64,000 nt of DNA from an uncultured Acidimicrobiales bacterium (GTDB lineage Bacteria; Actinomycetota; Acidimicrobiia; Acidimicrobiales; SZUA-35). The stretch lies in assembly GCA_938029215.1 (NCBI GenBank), contig CALHFG010000018.1, positions 4,632-68,631 on the forward strand. The letters run 5' to 3'. Position numbers and translations under genes: made by a program. Shown here in pieces: positions 37,617 to 47,513 of this stretch. Numbering within the stretch: the first letter of the stretch is position 1; each line of letters begins with the position of its first letter. Below the pieces are notes generated by a model. That model did not search any database. It was not told the origin of the DNA and saw nothing but the letters and a program-made list of their open reading frames with translations.

Positions 37617-38546
37617 ATGATCGCCCTGTGGTTGGTCCTGCTTGTGGTCTGTGTCGCCGGCACTGCCTTCGCGAGCCGGAGGGCGGTGGATGCGGCTCTA
37701 CAGGTGGTTGAGGCGACGCCGTTCTCGCCTGCGCTGGTAGGCCTAACCGTGATGTCGATCGGTACCGATCTTCCCGAGATCGCCAACAGCATCGTCAGCA
37801 CTGCAGGCGGCCATGGCGACATCAACGTCGGAGACTCGATGGGCTCGACTCTTACCCAAATCACTCTGGTTCTCGGGCTGCTCTGCTTTACGAGCACAAA
37901 ACTGTCAGCCAACCGAAACTTCGTCGTCGGCGTCGGTTCAGCAACGTTCTTTGCCTCCGTGATCGTGTGGGTTTTTGTTCAGGATGGCTACATCAGCCGG
38001 TTTGATGCCGCAGTCCTGGTTGTGTTTTGGCTCGTGGGCACGGCGCTCTTCGGTCAGTCAGAACTGCGACCGCGGGAAGCGGTCACCCTGGGCACCAGCG
38101 ACGTCTGGCGAAGCATCGGCCAGTCGCTCCTCTGGCTGGGCGCAGTCGGTGGTTTAGCCATCGGCGTCGTCGAGTCCTTTCTGGCCCTGGCCGAGGCTTT
38201 TGGAATTCCAGAGTTCATCGGCAGTTTTGTGGCCTTGTCACTGGGTACGTCTCTTCCTGAGCTAGCTGTTGATTGGACAGCAATTCGGAAAGGGGCCGCA
38301 TCGATGGCAGTGGGTGACATCTTCGGCTCGTCGTTCGTGGACGCCACCCTGTCGCTCGCTGCCGGACCGCTCATTTTCGGCTCGCTCGTATCATCCGATG
38401 TCCAGGTCGGGGTGGCTCTCGCTGCGGCCGCCGTCGCGGTGGCAACAATTCTTACCGCTCGCAGCAGTCATCGGCTTGATTGGAGGGTTGGTCTGGGACT
38501 TATTGCCGTCTATGCGTCGGTTCAAACCATGGTCGCGATTGCGTAA
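37617..38546 (+). CDS. CaCA-family Na+/Ca2+ (cation/Ca2+) exchanger, YrbG-like
   Basis: Two alpha-repeat motifs, GTDLPEIANSIV and GTSLPELAVDW. 10 TM. Confidence 0.7.
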   Translation: MIALWLVLLVVCVAGTAFASRRAVDAALQVVEATPFSPALVGLTVMSIGTDLPEIANSIVSTAGGHGDINVGDSMGSTLTQITLVLGLLCFTSTKLSANRNFVVGVGSATFFASVIVWVFVQDGYISRFDAAVLVVFWLVGTALFGQSELRPREAVTLGTSDVWRSIGQSLLWLGAVGGLAIGVVESFLALAEAFGIPEFIGSFVALSLGTSLPELAVDWTAIRKGAASMAVGDIFGSSFVDATLSLAAGPLIFGSLVSSDVQVGVALAAAAVAVATILTARSSHRLDWRVGLGLIAVYASVQTMVAIA

Positions 38547-38615
38547 CCGACCCTACCGAGGCCAAAGGACCGAAGACTCTACCGAGGCGCTTGGTGCGCC
38601 CTGAATACTCAAAGC

Positions 38616-38897
38616 ATGAGCAACACACCGAGCCCCCGCCCACGGGCTGAAACGCCGTGGGAGTTCTACCCCGATGATGATCTTCGGGAAGAGCCGGGAG
38701 AAGCCCCAGAAGATGAAGCCATGCATGTGGAGTTCGTCGACAAGGGCCCGAAGCTTCCAGATGCGCCTCCCGTCGTCGTCCACTACCTCGACGACGAAGA
38801 ACCCGAGGTACCTGATGTAAGTCAGCCCCGCGAGACCAGCGACGTCACACCCGAGGTCGACGCGCTGCTCATCCAGCAGCATTACCTCGACGAGTGA
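38616..38897 (+). CDS. Small acidic hypothetical protein
   Basis: 93-aa ORF that is strongly Asp/Glu/Pro-rich. Coding status is uncertain. Confidence 0.3.
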   Translation: MSNTPSPRPRAETPWEFYPDDDLREEPGEAPEDEAMHVEFVDKGPKLPDAPPVVVHYLDDEEPEVPDVSQPRETSDVTPEVDALLIQQHYLDE

Positions 38898-38940
38898 CCA
38901 TTGTGCCCACCCGCCATTCCCACTATCCAGAGGAGATGAG

Positions 38941-39195
38941 ATGACCAAGGCAGACAACAGCCGACCGGGTTATGACCAGGCCGTAGACCAGTTGGTCGAA
39001 GCACTGGATCACGGCACGATCCCAGAGGAGCGGGCAGCCGAGATTCGCCGTGAGGTACTGGGGCTGAAACAGGGCGACACGCCCGAGCAGCGGAACCGAC
39101 TACTGGTAGCGCTCGAACGGTTCGAGGGAGAACACCCCAAGCTCACCAGAGTCATCAATGACGTCGCCTACTACCTCAGCGGATCCGGCGTTTGA
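38941..39195 (+). CDS. Small hypothetical protein
   Basis: 84-aa helical ORF preceded by GGAGATGAG and then ATG. Confidence 0.35.
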   Translation: MTKADNSRPGYDQAVDQLVEALDHGTIPEERAAEIRREVLGLKQGDTPEQRNRLLVALERFEGEHPKLTRVINDVAYYLSGSGV

Positions 39196-39419
39196 TCCAA
39201 CTAGGGACTTTGTCCTCTATTGGGGCCGGTCCAGGTCGTAAAGACTGAAGCCGAACCCGAGGCAACACGAGTCCACTTCCCGCTCGATGCCTCCACAGCT
39301 GGCGCCTCGACCGCCGCGATGTGGCCGTCCAGGCTCGGACACCGATGGCAGTCCATCGGGCCACGATCGTCGAGGCGCCCTCTCGATGGGCTCGGCTTCG
39401 GCCGGGCCCATCGGCCGGT

Positions 39420-40808
39420 TCAGGATGAACCGGAAGCGTGCGCCAGCTGGGTCCAGGCGGCGTATCCGCCGAGGATGTCAGACACATCGCTGAACCCCGC
39501 ATGACGGAGAAGGCTCGCCCCCACCGATGACCGGTAACCGCCGGCGCAGAACACCACCGTGGGCGCCGCAGGGTCGAGTTCGTTCAGTCGGTCCCTCAAC
39601 TGGCTAACAGGAATCGACTCCGCTCGATCGATCGATCCCAGTGCGTGCTCGCCCGGGTTCCGAATGTCGATGAGCTGCAGTCCGGCCACCCCATCCCGGC
39701 GGCTGTCAAACTCGATCGCAGTCATGCGCGATGCTCTCCGGACCTTCTCGGGGTTGCTCGCCAACACTGCCAGAGGGGCCTGAAGAAAGCCGACGACTCG
39801 GTCGAATCCGATGCGGGCGAGCCGATTCTTCGCCTCTCGTTCAAATCCCTCGTCAACAACAAGAACGATGTCCGTGTCGGATGGAACCGTCGAGCCAGCG
39901 AATTCGGCGTAACGACCGTTGAGACCGACATTCACCGATCCAATCAGATGGCCGGCGGCAAAGTCTTCAGGATCGCGCCCGTCGAGCAGAACGGCTCCGC
40001 TGGACATGAGACCTTCGACTGCGGTGAGGGTCAGGGCTCGCGGTTGCCCATGTTCGTCGAGCAGGTCTCGGTCCTTGCGGTTGAGGATCGCGTCGTACAC
40101 GAAGTAGCTCGGCGCTGGTGGCTGCCCCTCGGTAACCATCTCGATGAACGCTTCCTTAGTGGGGGCCATGAGCGCATAGTTCGTCAACCGCTGCTCACCG
40201 ATCGTGGACGACGTTTCTGTGGAGAGATTCTTTCCGCACGCCGATCCAGCACCATGTCCAGGGAACACTCTGGTGGCATCGGGTAGACGAAGAAGCTTGT
40301 TGTGCAAGCTGTCATACAGCTTCTCGGCGAGTTCGTCCTGGGTAAAGCCGATGGAGGCCAGCAAATCTGGCCGGCCGACGTCTCCGATGAATAGGGTGTC
40401 GCCGGTGAGAACCGCGTACGGAGTTTTATCGGATGCATCTTCGAACACGACGATGCTGAGCGATTCGGGCGTATGGCCCGGGGTATGAAGGATCTCGAGC
40501 TCCACCGATCCCAGCGAAATGCGTTCACCGTCACGGAGTTTCCGAGACCGAAACTCGGTCTCGGCAACTTCTGAGTACGCGATGTCGGCACCTGTAGCGG
40601 CTGCCAACTCGAGGTGACCAGATAAGAAGTCGGCATGGAAGTGCGTTTCGATCACGAGCTCGATCGTGAGACCGTGGTCTGCAGCGTCAGTGACGTACTC
40701 GTCGATATCTCGGCGTGGGTCAACAACCACGGCACGACCTGTGGTTTGATCGCCGATGAGGTACGACGCTTGGGAGAGGCAATCTAAGTAGTACTGCGTG
40801 AATTTCAC
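39420..40808 (-). CDS. MBL-fold metallo-hydrolase fused to two rhodanese domains (persulfide dioxygenase-rhodanese fusion, CstB/Blh-like)
   Basis: The N-terminus has ETHFHADF...HTPGHTPES (a metallo-beta-lactamase fold). The C-terminus has the rhodanese active-site loop VVFCAGGYRSS. Confidence 0.75.
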   Translation of the reverse strand: MKFTQYYLDCLSQASYLIGDQTTGRAVVVDPRRDIDEYVTDAADHGLTIELVIETHFHADFLSGHLELAAATGADIAYSEVAETEFRSRKLRDGERISLGSVELEILHTPGHTPESLSIVVFEDASDKTPYAVLTGDTLFIGDVGRPDLLASIGFTQDELAEKLYDSLHNKLLRLPDATRVFPGHGAGSACGKNLSTETSSTIGEQRLTNYALMAPTKEAFIEMVTEGQPPAPSYFVYDAILNRKDRDLLDEHGQPRALTLTAVEGLMSSGAVLLDGRDPEDFAAGHLIGSVNVGLNGRYAEFAGSTVPSDTDIVLVVDEGFEREAKNRLARIGFDRVVGFLQAPLAVLASNPEKVRRASRMTAIEFDSRRDGVAGLQLIDIRNPGEHALGSIDRAESIPVSQLRDRLNELDPAAPTVVFCAGGYRSSVGASLLRHAGFSDVSDILGGYAAWTQLAHASGSS

Positions 40809-40834
40809 CGTGTGGTCCTTTCAGGATGTGTTTG

Positions 40835-41419
40835 TCAAACAGCCGATCGCTGCAGTTGTTGAATGACTCCGGCAACGTCGCACGTGTCGGTTTGGTTGTA
40901 CGGAAGCTTGGAGAGGACCGCTGCCATTGCACACGTGTTGCTCGCCGCCGAGTAGGTCAACCCGGCCGCCACGCCGCCAGCGATCCACTTCGCTCCGGGG
41001 ACAACGGTGCTGGCTACCACCCCAGCGAGGGCGATCGACCCTGCCGCGAACCGTACTTGACGGTCCATCGCCCAACGTTCGTTGTCGCCGCGTATGACCT
41101 CGCCGCCCGCAGCTTCCCACGACGCCATTCCTCCTTCGAGAATGTGCAGTGCGTCCTTTCCGACTGCAACGAGCTTGTCGTGAGCTTGAGTCGCCCGATT
41201 GCCGCTCTGACAGACCAGTACGACTGGATGATCGACCGCTGCAAGATCGCGAGCGTGCTCCCCCAAGGTGTCGAGAGGAACGTTGTACGAACCCGGGATG
41301 TGAACCGATTCGAATTCTCCGCCGGTCCGGACGTCGAGTATCCGAACGTCAGGGTCCTCGGACCGAAGTCGACGAAGCTCGGCAATGGTGATGGTGTCGG
41401 TGGTCGGAATGGTTGTCAT
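40835..41419 (-). CDS. Rhodanese-domain protein with a C-terminal YgaP-like (DUF2892) membrane segment
   Basis: Contains VVLVCQSGNRA (the rhodanese Cys loop) and C-terminal hydrophobic helices. An internal Met start was chosen to avoid overlap with SulP. Confidence 0.65.
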   Translation of the reverse strand: MTTIPTTDTITIAELRRLRSEDPDVRILDVRTGGEFESVHIPGSYNVPLDTLGEHARDLAAVDHPVVLVCQSGNRATQAHDKLVAVGKDALHILEGGMASWEAAGGEVIRGDNERWAMDRQVRFAAGSIALAGVVASTVVPGAKWIAGGVAAGLTYSAASNTCAMAAVLSKLPYNQTDTCDVAGVIQQLQRSAV

Positions 41420-41427
41420 GACGCCTC

Positions 41428-43191
41428 CTATACGGCGAGTTGTTCTGAGTTGTTCCATGGGATGAGATCGCTGCGTTCGTCGATGCCGTGACGGCGCTGA
41501 TCAGCGGGACCTGGCCGCTTGGACGCAATGGCAACCAGGGCATCGCTCGTGGACGTGTGAACCCTGTCCCCCAGTGCTTGCCAGATTCCGCTGGCCCAGA
41601 GCACGTCGCGCACCGGACCCTTGACGTCGGTCATGTGGAAGGCAACGCCTTGATCATCGACTTCCATTAGCACCTCGTGCAGCATCTCGGCGCCGGTCGC
41701 ATCTAGGTCGTTGACACCGGATGCGTCGAAGACCAGCGCCCGCGGCTCTAGGACGAGTTCGGCCGCGTGTCTCAGGATCAACTTCTTGACGTTCACGGCA
41801 TTCACGAACGAGAGCGCCGCATCGATTCGAAGGATATGGACCCCGTCGACAACCTGAGCTTCGGGAAAGCGGGCGAGGTTGCGGTAGCTGGTTGTGCCCG
41901 CCACATGGCCAAGGACGGCCGAATGAGGCGTTGACATCCGAGCAAAGACGACCAGCATCGAGGCGACGACCGCCACGAGAATTCCGAGCTCAATTCCGAG
42001 GGCAAGTGTGGCACCGAACGCCACAACCAAACCGATGAGATCGCTCCGCTTAACCTTCGCAATGTGACGCATCTCGGCAACGTCGACAAGACCAACGACG
42101 GCCATGATGATGATCGCCCCCAATGCAGCACGTGGAAGCGATGCAAAGAATGGGGTGAGGAAGGCGATTGTGGACAGAACGATCGCGGCGGTAATCAGCG
42201 AAGCGAGCGGGGTCTTGGCTCCGGCGGTGTCATTGACCGCCGTACGAGAGAAACCACCAGTGACGGGGTAGCCCCCAAAAAGGCCGGCTGCGATGTTCGC
42301 AGCGCCCAAGCCGAGGAGTTCGTTGTTGGGATCAAGCTCGTAGCGGTGACGGCGGGCGTAGACCTTCGCGACAGCGATCGATTCCATAAACCCAACGGCC
42401 GTGATCACCAGGGCCGTCGTGGCGAGATTGCTCAGGAGAGAACCGCTAAAAGCCGGCAGTCCAAAGCCGGGCAATGAGTCGGGGATGTCACCGACAACGC
42501 TGACACCACGGTCCTCGAGCCGAAACAGTTCGACAACTCCGATTGATGCGACCACGACCACCAGCGCTGCGGGAAGGCGAGGCGCCAGCCGCTTGATGGC
42601 GAAGAGGGTCGCCATGGAGACACCTCCCACGACAAGCGTGGCTGGGTTCGTGTCTGGAAGGTTCCGAGCGACCTCGAGAACGGTCTGGTAGAAGTGTTCC
42701 TTGCGGTCAGTGTCGATGCCAAAAAGGTGCTTGGCTTGCGAGAACCCGATGATGATGGCTGCCGCCGCCGTGAAGCCCACCAGCACCGAGTGAGACAGCA
42801 CATTCACCAGGAAGCCCAGGCGCCCAAGGCCCAGAACGACGTGGAGCACACCAACCATCAAAGCCAACAGCGCAGCAGCCGCCACGTAGTCGCTACCGCC
42901 CTCGCTCACAAGGGGACCAAGAGCCGACGCGGTAAGCAGCGAGACGATGGCAACCGGCCCAACCGCCAGCTGGCGCGACGTACCAAAAAGCGCGTACACC
43001 ACCACCGGAACGGTTGCCGCGTAGAGACCAATCTCGGGTGGAAGGCCGGCAAGCAGCGCGTACGCCATCCCTTGTGGCACGAGCATCGCTCCGACGGTCA
43101 GGCCGGCGGCGAGGTCGCTCCGCAGGTTCCGACGGTCATAGTGACGGACCCAACTAACGATCGGCATGTACCGCTCAAGAGGCGTCATCAC
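41428..43191 (-). CDS. SulP-family sulfate/anion permease with a C-terminal STAS domain
   Basis: Contains LAAGLTVGAMLVPQGMAYALLAGLPP plus a STAS-like C-terminus. Confidence 0.8.
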   Translation of the reverse strand: MMTPLERYMPIVSWVRHYDRRNLRSDLAAGLTVGAMLVPQGMAYALLAGLPPEIGLYAATVPVVVYALFGTSRQLAVGPVAIVSLLTASALGPLVSEGGSDYVAAAALLALMVGVLHVVLGLGRLGFLVNVLSHSVLVGFTAAAAIIIGFSQAKHLFGIDTDRKEHFYQTVLEVARNLPDTNPATLVVGGVSMATLFAIKRLAPRLPAALVVVVASIGVVELFRLEDRGVSVVGDIPDSLPGFGLPAFSGSLLSNLATTALVITAVGFMESIAVAKVYARRHRYELDPNNELLGLGAANIAAGLFGGYPVTGGFSRTAVNDTAGAKTPLASLITAAIVLSTIAFLTPFFASLPRAALGAIIIMAVVGLVDVAEMRHIAKVKRSDLIGLVVAFGATLALGIELGILVAVVASMLVVFARMSTPHSAVLGHVAGTTSYRNLARFPEAQVVDGVHILRIDAALSFVNAVNVKKLILRHAAELVLEPRALVFDASGVNDLDATGAEMLHEVLMEVDDQGVAFHMTDVKGPVRDVLWASGIWQALGDRVHTSTSDALVAIASKRPGPADQRRHGIDERSDLIPWNNSEQLAV

Positions 43192-43823
43192 TCAGAGTCG
43201 GGAGCGTCCGCGTAGCGGAGGTACGGCTTTAGTTCTTCAACGTTCGAAAACCGAACCTTGGCATCGTCGGTCGTCATACCCGGCGGGACGATGACTCGAT
43301 CTCCGGGAGTCCAATCCGCTGGCGTCGCCAGTGTGTGCATCGACGTGAGCTGCAAGCTGTCAAGCACCCGAAGGATTTCGTCGAAGTTTCGGCCCGTCGA
43401 TTTTGGATATGTCAGTGACAGCCGGATCTTGTTGTCCTCATCGATGATGAACACCGACCGAACCGTGGATGTATCGCCTTCACCAGGGTGGATCATGTCG
43501 TACAAGTGAGAAACAACCTTGTCCTGGTCGGCGATGATTGGAAAATTGAGTGCGGTGCCCGACATTTCCCCAATATCGGGAGCCCACGCTCGATGGTCCT
43601 CAATCGAGTCGACCGAGAGGGCGATGAGGCTGGTGTTCCGCTTCTCGAACTCGGGCCGCAGCGCCGCCGCTCGGCCGAGCTCGGTAGTGCACACCGGGGT
43701 GAAATCGGCCGGGTGACTGAAAAAGACGGTCCACTTACCAGCCTTCCAGTCGTGAAACGATATTTCGCCATCGGTGGTGTCGACGGTGAAATTGGGAGCG
43801 ATGTCTCCAAGGTGCAGTGCCAT
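43188..43823 (-). CDS. 1-Cys peroxiredoxin (Prx6-like)
   Basis: Contains HPADFTPVCTTE, the peroxidatic Cys motif. Confidence 0.85.
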   Translation of the reverse strand: MALHLGDIAPNFTVDTTDGEISFHDWKAGKWTVFFSHPADFTPVCTTELGRAAALRPEFEKRNTSLIALSVDSIEDHRAWAPDIGEMSGTALNFPIIADQDKVVSHLYDMIHPGEGDTSTVRSVFIIDEDNKIRLSLTYPKSTGRNFDEILRVLDSLQLTSMHTLATPADWTPGDRVIVPPGMTTDDAKVRFSNVEELKPYLRYADAPDSE

Positions 43824-44095
43824 GATCTAGTCCTTTGCGTATGGCCCGGACGCCAGTCGAGGGTCAAGTCCGTATGTCCGTACATTTACCCTACCACTCA
43901 CCCCACCGGGCGGACAAGGACCTTCGTCACACCCGAGTACTCGCGGTCGAAACCGCGCTGGCGGCAAGGCCGACTTCATCTTTCCACTCGCCTTGGTCCT
44001 TATGGCAACCGGGGCTGCACTGACCCCTCTCGCCCTTGGATTGATCCTCTACGGAACTGCCGGGGGTACGCGTGAGACGGATGGACCGATGACGT

Positions 44096-45427
44096 TCAGT
44101 CGGCCCCAAACGATGGTTGCCGAGTAGTCTGCACCACTCGATTCCACGTGGCGCCCCCAGGATCTAGTTGGCGTCGGCTACGTGTTGCAGCCTTCAGCGG
44201 GACGATGGTGAACTGCTGGTTCCAGTGCCCAACCATCACGTCGGTGAATCCCGCCATGCCTGCGTGCACGGCGTGTTGTCCCAAGGCGAGGCAGTACTCG
44301 CCGTCCACGGCGTTCGCTGGTCCACCTCGAACCAGGTAACTGGGATCGATGTAGCGAACGTGTGCGGAAAGATCCGACGTTTGAAAGTGGTCTTTGATGG
44401 CGTCGCGCAGGTATGTCCCGATGTCGCCCAGTTTCTGGTTGCCGGATGGGTCGGTGCCCGCTGCGGCCACCAGGTGCTGCCCGGACCCTTCGGCAACAGC
44501 AAGCACGCAATGTCCTGAGCGCGTAAGCCGTTCTTCTAGAAACATAAACAGACCATTGGGTCCATCGAGATGGAACGGAACTTCAGGCACGAGACAGACG
44601 TTGCAGTCGGGATTCGCCAATGTTGCATGGGCTGCTATGAAGCCGGAATGTCGACCCATGAGCTTCACGATGGCTATGCCGTTTCGTGCACCCCGGGCTT
44701 CGTTGTGGGCGACCGCGATCGTTTCGGCGGCAACGCCCACCGCGGTGGCAAAGCCAAAACTCTTGTCAACCCACTGCAGATCGTTGTCGATCGTCTTCGG
44801 TATTCCGATCACGGCGAGCTTGACCGATCGTTTCTGAGCTGCCTCTGCCAAGGCCGACGCTCCCCGAAAGGTACCGTCACCTCCGATACAGAAAAGTATC
44901 GAGATTTGCCGGCGAACAAGATTGTCAAGCATTGCTTCGACGTCTTGATGGCCCCGGCTCGAGCCCAGCAGCGTTCCACCGTGTTCGTGGATCGCATCGA
45001 CAACCTCATGGCTGAGCTCTAGCGGTTCGGGTCCGATACCAGCAACTCCGGCATAGCCATAACGAAACCCCTCCACGGTCGACACCCCGTAGAGATACCG
45101 CAGCGTGAACGTGATACTCCGAATGACATCGTTCAAGCCAGGGCAGAGACCGCCACATGTGACGATGCCAGCGCGAATCGAAGAAGGCTCAAACGCCAGC
45201 TGACCGCGGGGTCCGGCCCTGACGAATGCAGGCGGCTCTGCTCCCGCGGCAGAGAAACGGCGCACCGACTCGAGCGATGCTTCGGCCAATACATCGGGGG
45301 CGTCGGTCGCCACGATCCCCGACTGAGAAAGCGCCGATGGGAGGAGCGCCTCAACGCCGGTCAGTCGACGCGGAATCAGATCCTCCGCCGCTGGTAGTGG
45401 GACAGAGCTCTTGTCGGTTTCAGCCAC
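44096..45427 (-). CDS. 6-phosphofructokinase (ATP- or PPi-dependent, group III)
   Basis: Contains GIVTCGGLCPGLNDVIRS, GSSRG and a PFK fold. Confidence 0.8.
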   Translation of the reverse strand: MAETDKSSVPLPAAEDLIPRRLTGVEALLPSALSQSGIVATDAPDVLAEASLESVRRFSAAGAEPPAFVRAGPRGQLAFEPSSIRAGIVTCGGLCPGLNDVIRSITFTLRYLYGVSTVEGFRYGYAGVAGIGPEPLELSHEVVDAIHEHGGTLLGSSRGHQDVEAMLDNLVRRQISILFCIGGDGTFRGASALAEAAQKRSVKLAVIGIPKTIDNDLQWVDKSFGFATAVGVAAETIAVAHNEARGARNGIAIVKLMGRHSGFIAAHATLANPDCNVCLVPEVPFHLDGPNGLFMFLEERLTRSGHCVLAVAEGSGQHLVAAAGTDPSGNQKLGDIGTYLRDAIKDHFQTSDLSAHVRYIDPSYLVRGGPANAVDGEYCLALGQHAVHAGMAGFTDVMVGHWNQQFTIVPLKAATRSRRQLDPGGATWNRVVQTTRQPSFGAD

Positions 45428-45535
45428 TCTTCCAGTGTGGACTGCGGAACTCTATTTGGTCAGGGCCCAAAGTCAAACGAGCGCTGTGATCTAAGGCCCT
45501 AGGAAAAGCGTAGTGATGAAGTCACAATCAAGACT

Positions 45536-46858
45536 GTGAATCCAATCCAGGGTCCCCTGCGTACGCTCTCACCGAAACGTGGCGAGCCGCTCGGCGTCTC
45601 CGACCTCGCCGATCGATTGATCGAGTGCATGCCACCGGGCGCGAATCTCGTTGTCCCAATCGCCAACGGGGAACCCGTGGCGCTGCTGGATGCCATCGAA
45701 CATCGAGCCACGGCATTAAAGGACGCCCGTATTCACCAGATGCATGCGCTGCGCGACCGACCGTACATCCGAGGTGAATTTCGAGGGCATCTAGAACACG
45801 TTTCATGGTTCCTGTCCGGAATTACTCGGAAGGCCTACCTGGCCGGACAGTGCGATTTTTCTCCAGCAAACTTCAGCGAAGTGCCCCAATTCATGGCCGA
45901 CAAGGACCCGGTCGCCGTCCTGGCGGCAGCCAGTCCGCCGGATCGGCACGGATACTTTTCCCTGGGGTTGGGAGCAGACTACGCCGCAGCTCTCATTGGC
46001 AAGGTCCCGTTCGTGCTCGAGGTCAACCCACTGATGCCGCGAACCCACGGGGCCAATCGCCTTCACCTCCACGACGTCGCTGCGTGGTGTGAGGCGTCGA
46101 ACGAACTCATCGAGGTTCCACCTCCCGAACCCTCAGATCTCGACCGCGTGATCGCAAGCCACATCGTCGATCGGATTCGGAACGGGTCCACCATTCAGCT
46201 CGGTATCGGCGGCATCCCCTCTGCGGTGGCGACATTTCTTGGTGATCACAAGAACCTGGGTGTGCACACCGAACTGCTTTCGGACTCGGTGGTGGACCTC
46301 GTGGAACGTGGGGCCGTTAACGGGTTGGCCAAGAAGACCAATCGAGGACATGTGGTCACCACGTTCGCCCTGGGCACGAAACGTCTCTACGAATTTGTGG
46401 ACAACAATGATCTCGTGAAGTTCCTCCCGGTAGATGAGGTGAACGACCCCCGCAACATCGGGCAGGAAGACAACTTTGTTTCGATCAACGCAACCCTCCA
46501 AGTGGATCTCTTTGGCCAGTGCGCGTCCGAGACACTAGGAACCAGTTACTACTCCGGGAGTGGCGGGCAGGCCGACTTCGCCCGCGGGGCCCAGTACTCT
46601 GCCGGGGGGCAAGGGTTCGTGGTGTTGAGCTCCACCGCGAAGGATGGCTCGATCTCCAAGATCGTCCCCACGTTGTCGGCAGGGTCGGTCGTGACAACCC
46701 AAAAGAACACCGTCGACAAGGTGGTGACCGAATACGGGATTGCCGAACTCCAAGGCCGCACGATACGCCAGCGGGCTCGCGCCCTGATCGACATCGCCCA
46801 CCCAGCCCACCGGGATGCACTGGAGGCTCAGGCGCGAACGAGCGGCATTCTGGTCTAA
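45536..46858 (+). CDS. Acetyl-CoA hydrolase/transferase family protein (4-hydroxybutyrate/succinyl-CoA:acetate CoA-transferase-like)
   Basis: Contains ...GIGGIPSAV... and a C-terminal SGSGGQADFARGA... typical of the family. Confidence 0.75.
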   Translation: MNPIQGPLRTLSPKRGEPLGVSDLADRLIECMPPGANLVVPIANGEPVALLDAIEHRATALKDARIHQMHALRDRPYIRGEFRGHLEHVSWFLSGITRKAYLAGQCDFSPANFSEVPQFMADKDPVAVLAAASPPDRHGYFSLGLGADYAAALIGKVPFVLEVNPLMPRTHGANRLHLHDVAAWCEASNELIEVPPPEPSDLDRVIASHIVDRIRNGSTIQLGIGGIPSAVATFLGDHKNLGVHTELLSDSVVDLVERGAVNGLAKKTNRGHVVTTFALGTKRLYEFVDNNDLVKFLPVDEVNDPRNIGQEDNFVSINATLQVDLFGQCASETLGTSYYSGSGGQADFARGAQYSAGGQGFVVLSSTAKDGSISKIVPTLSAGSVVTTQKNTVDKVVTEYGIAELQGRTIRQRARALIDIAHPAHRDALEAQARTSGILV

Positions 46859-46881
46859 CGCGGGCCGGTTGCTGTGACGAT

Positions 46882-47436
46882 CTATGGCCTTTGGGTCAGC
46901 CGGTCCGGTAACGACGCAATCGCACGCTTGTAGGCCGCCGTCTTGCCGCTGGTCGACGCGATCACCATGCCACCCTCGATCGCAGCAACCGCGTCCATCG
47001 CCGCCACCTCGGCCTGTGCCTTGGTGAGGCCCGCGTCCCGGGCAATGTGGGTTAACGCTTCGGCCCACGAATCCAGACAACTTCCGGCCGTGGACCGGTT
47101 TTCTTCGTCAGAAACGCTCAGTGCCACTACCAAGCACGACTGAGTACCGCCCTTGTAGTAGTCATCAAGACCCTTGGCCACCTGGCGGGCTCGCTCGACG
47201 GGCGGGCCGTCGGCGAACGCCGGAGCTAGCGCCACGCGGTAACGTTCGATGGCCCGCTCGACAATCGCCTCAACCATCTGGTCCTTTCCCCCCGGGAAAC
47301 GGTGATAGAGGCTGGCCCTGCCGAGACCAGTTGCCTTCGACAAGAGGTTGATGCTCGCTCCTGCGTACCCGTAACGGCTGAACACTTCGGCGACTGCATC
47401 GGCGAGGCTTACGTCATCGATTGTGCGGGGAGGCAT
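46882..47436 (-). CDS. TetR-family transcriptional regulator
   Basis: The HTH motif ASINLLSKATGLGRASLYHRF is present. Confidence 0.8.
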   Translation of the reverse strand: MPPRTIDDVSLADAVAEVFSRYGYAGASINLLSKATGLGRASLYHRFPGGKDQMVEAIVERAIERYRVALAPAFADGPPVERARQVAKGLDDYYKGGTQSCLVVALSVSDEENRSTAGSCLDSWAEALTHIARDAGLTKAQAEVAAMDAVAAIEGGMVIASTSGKTAAYKRAIASLPDRLTQRP

Positions 47437-47513
47437 AGAAATGAACTGTACCGAACGTTCGATTACAGACCGATTTCGGCAGTGCGGACTGTGTCTCGGC
47501 TATCTGGTCTCGG

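Noticed and set aside
43188-43823. Peroxiredoxin and AhpD-like genes (also at 58275..58637) as additional selenoprotein candidates
   Set aside because: Their redox Cys codons are ordinary TGC/TGT and there are no in-frame TGAs.
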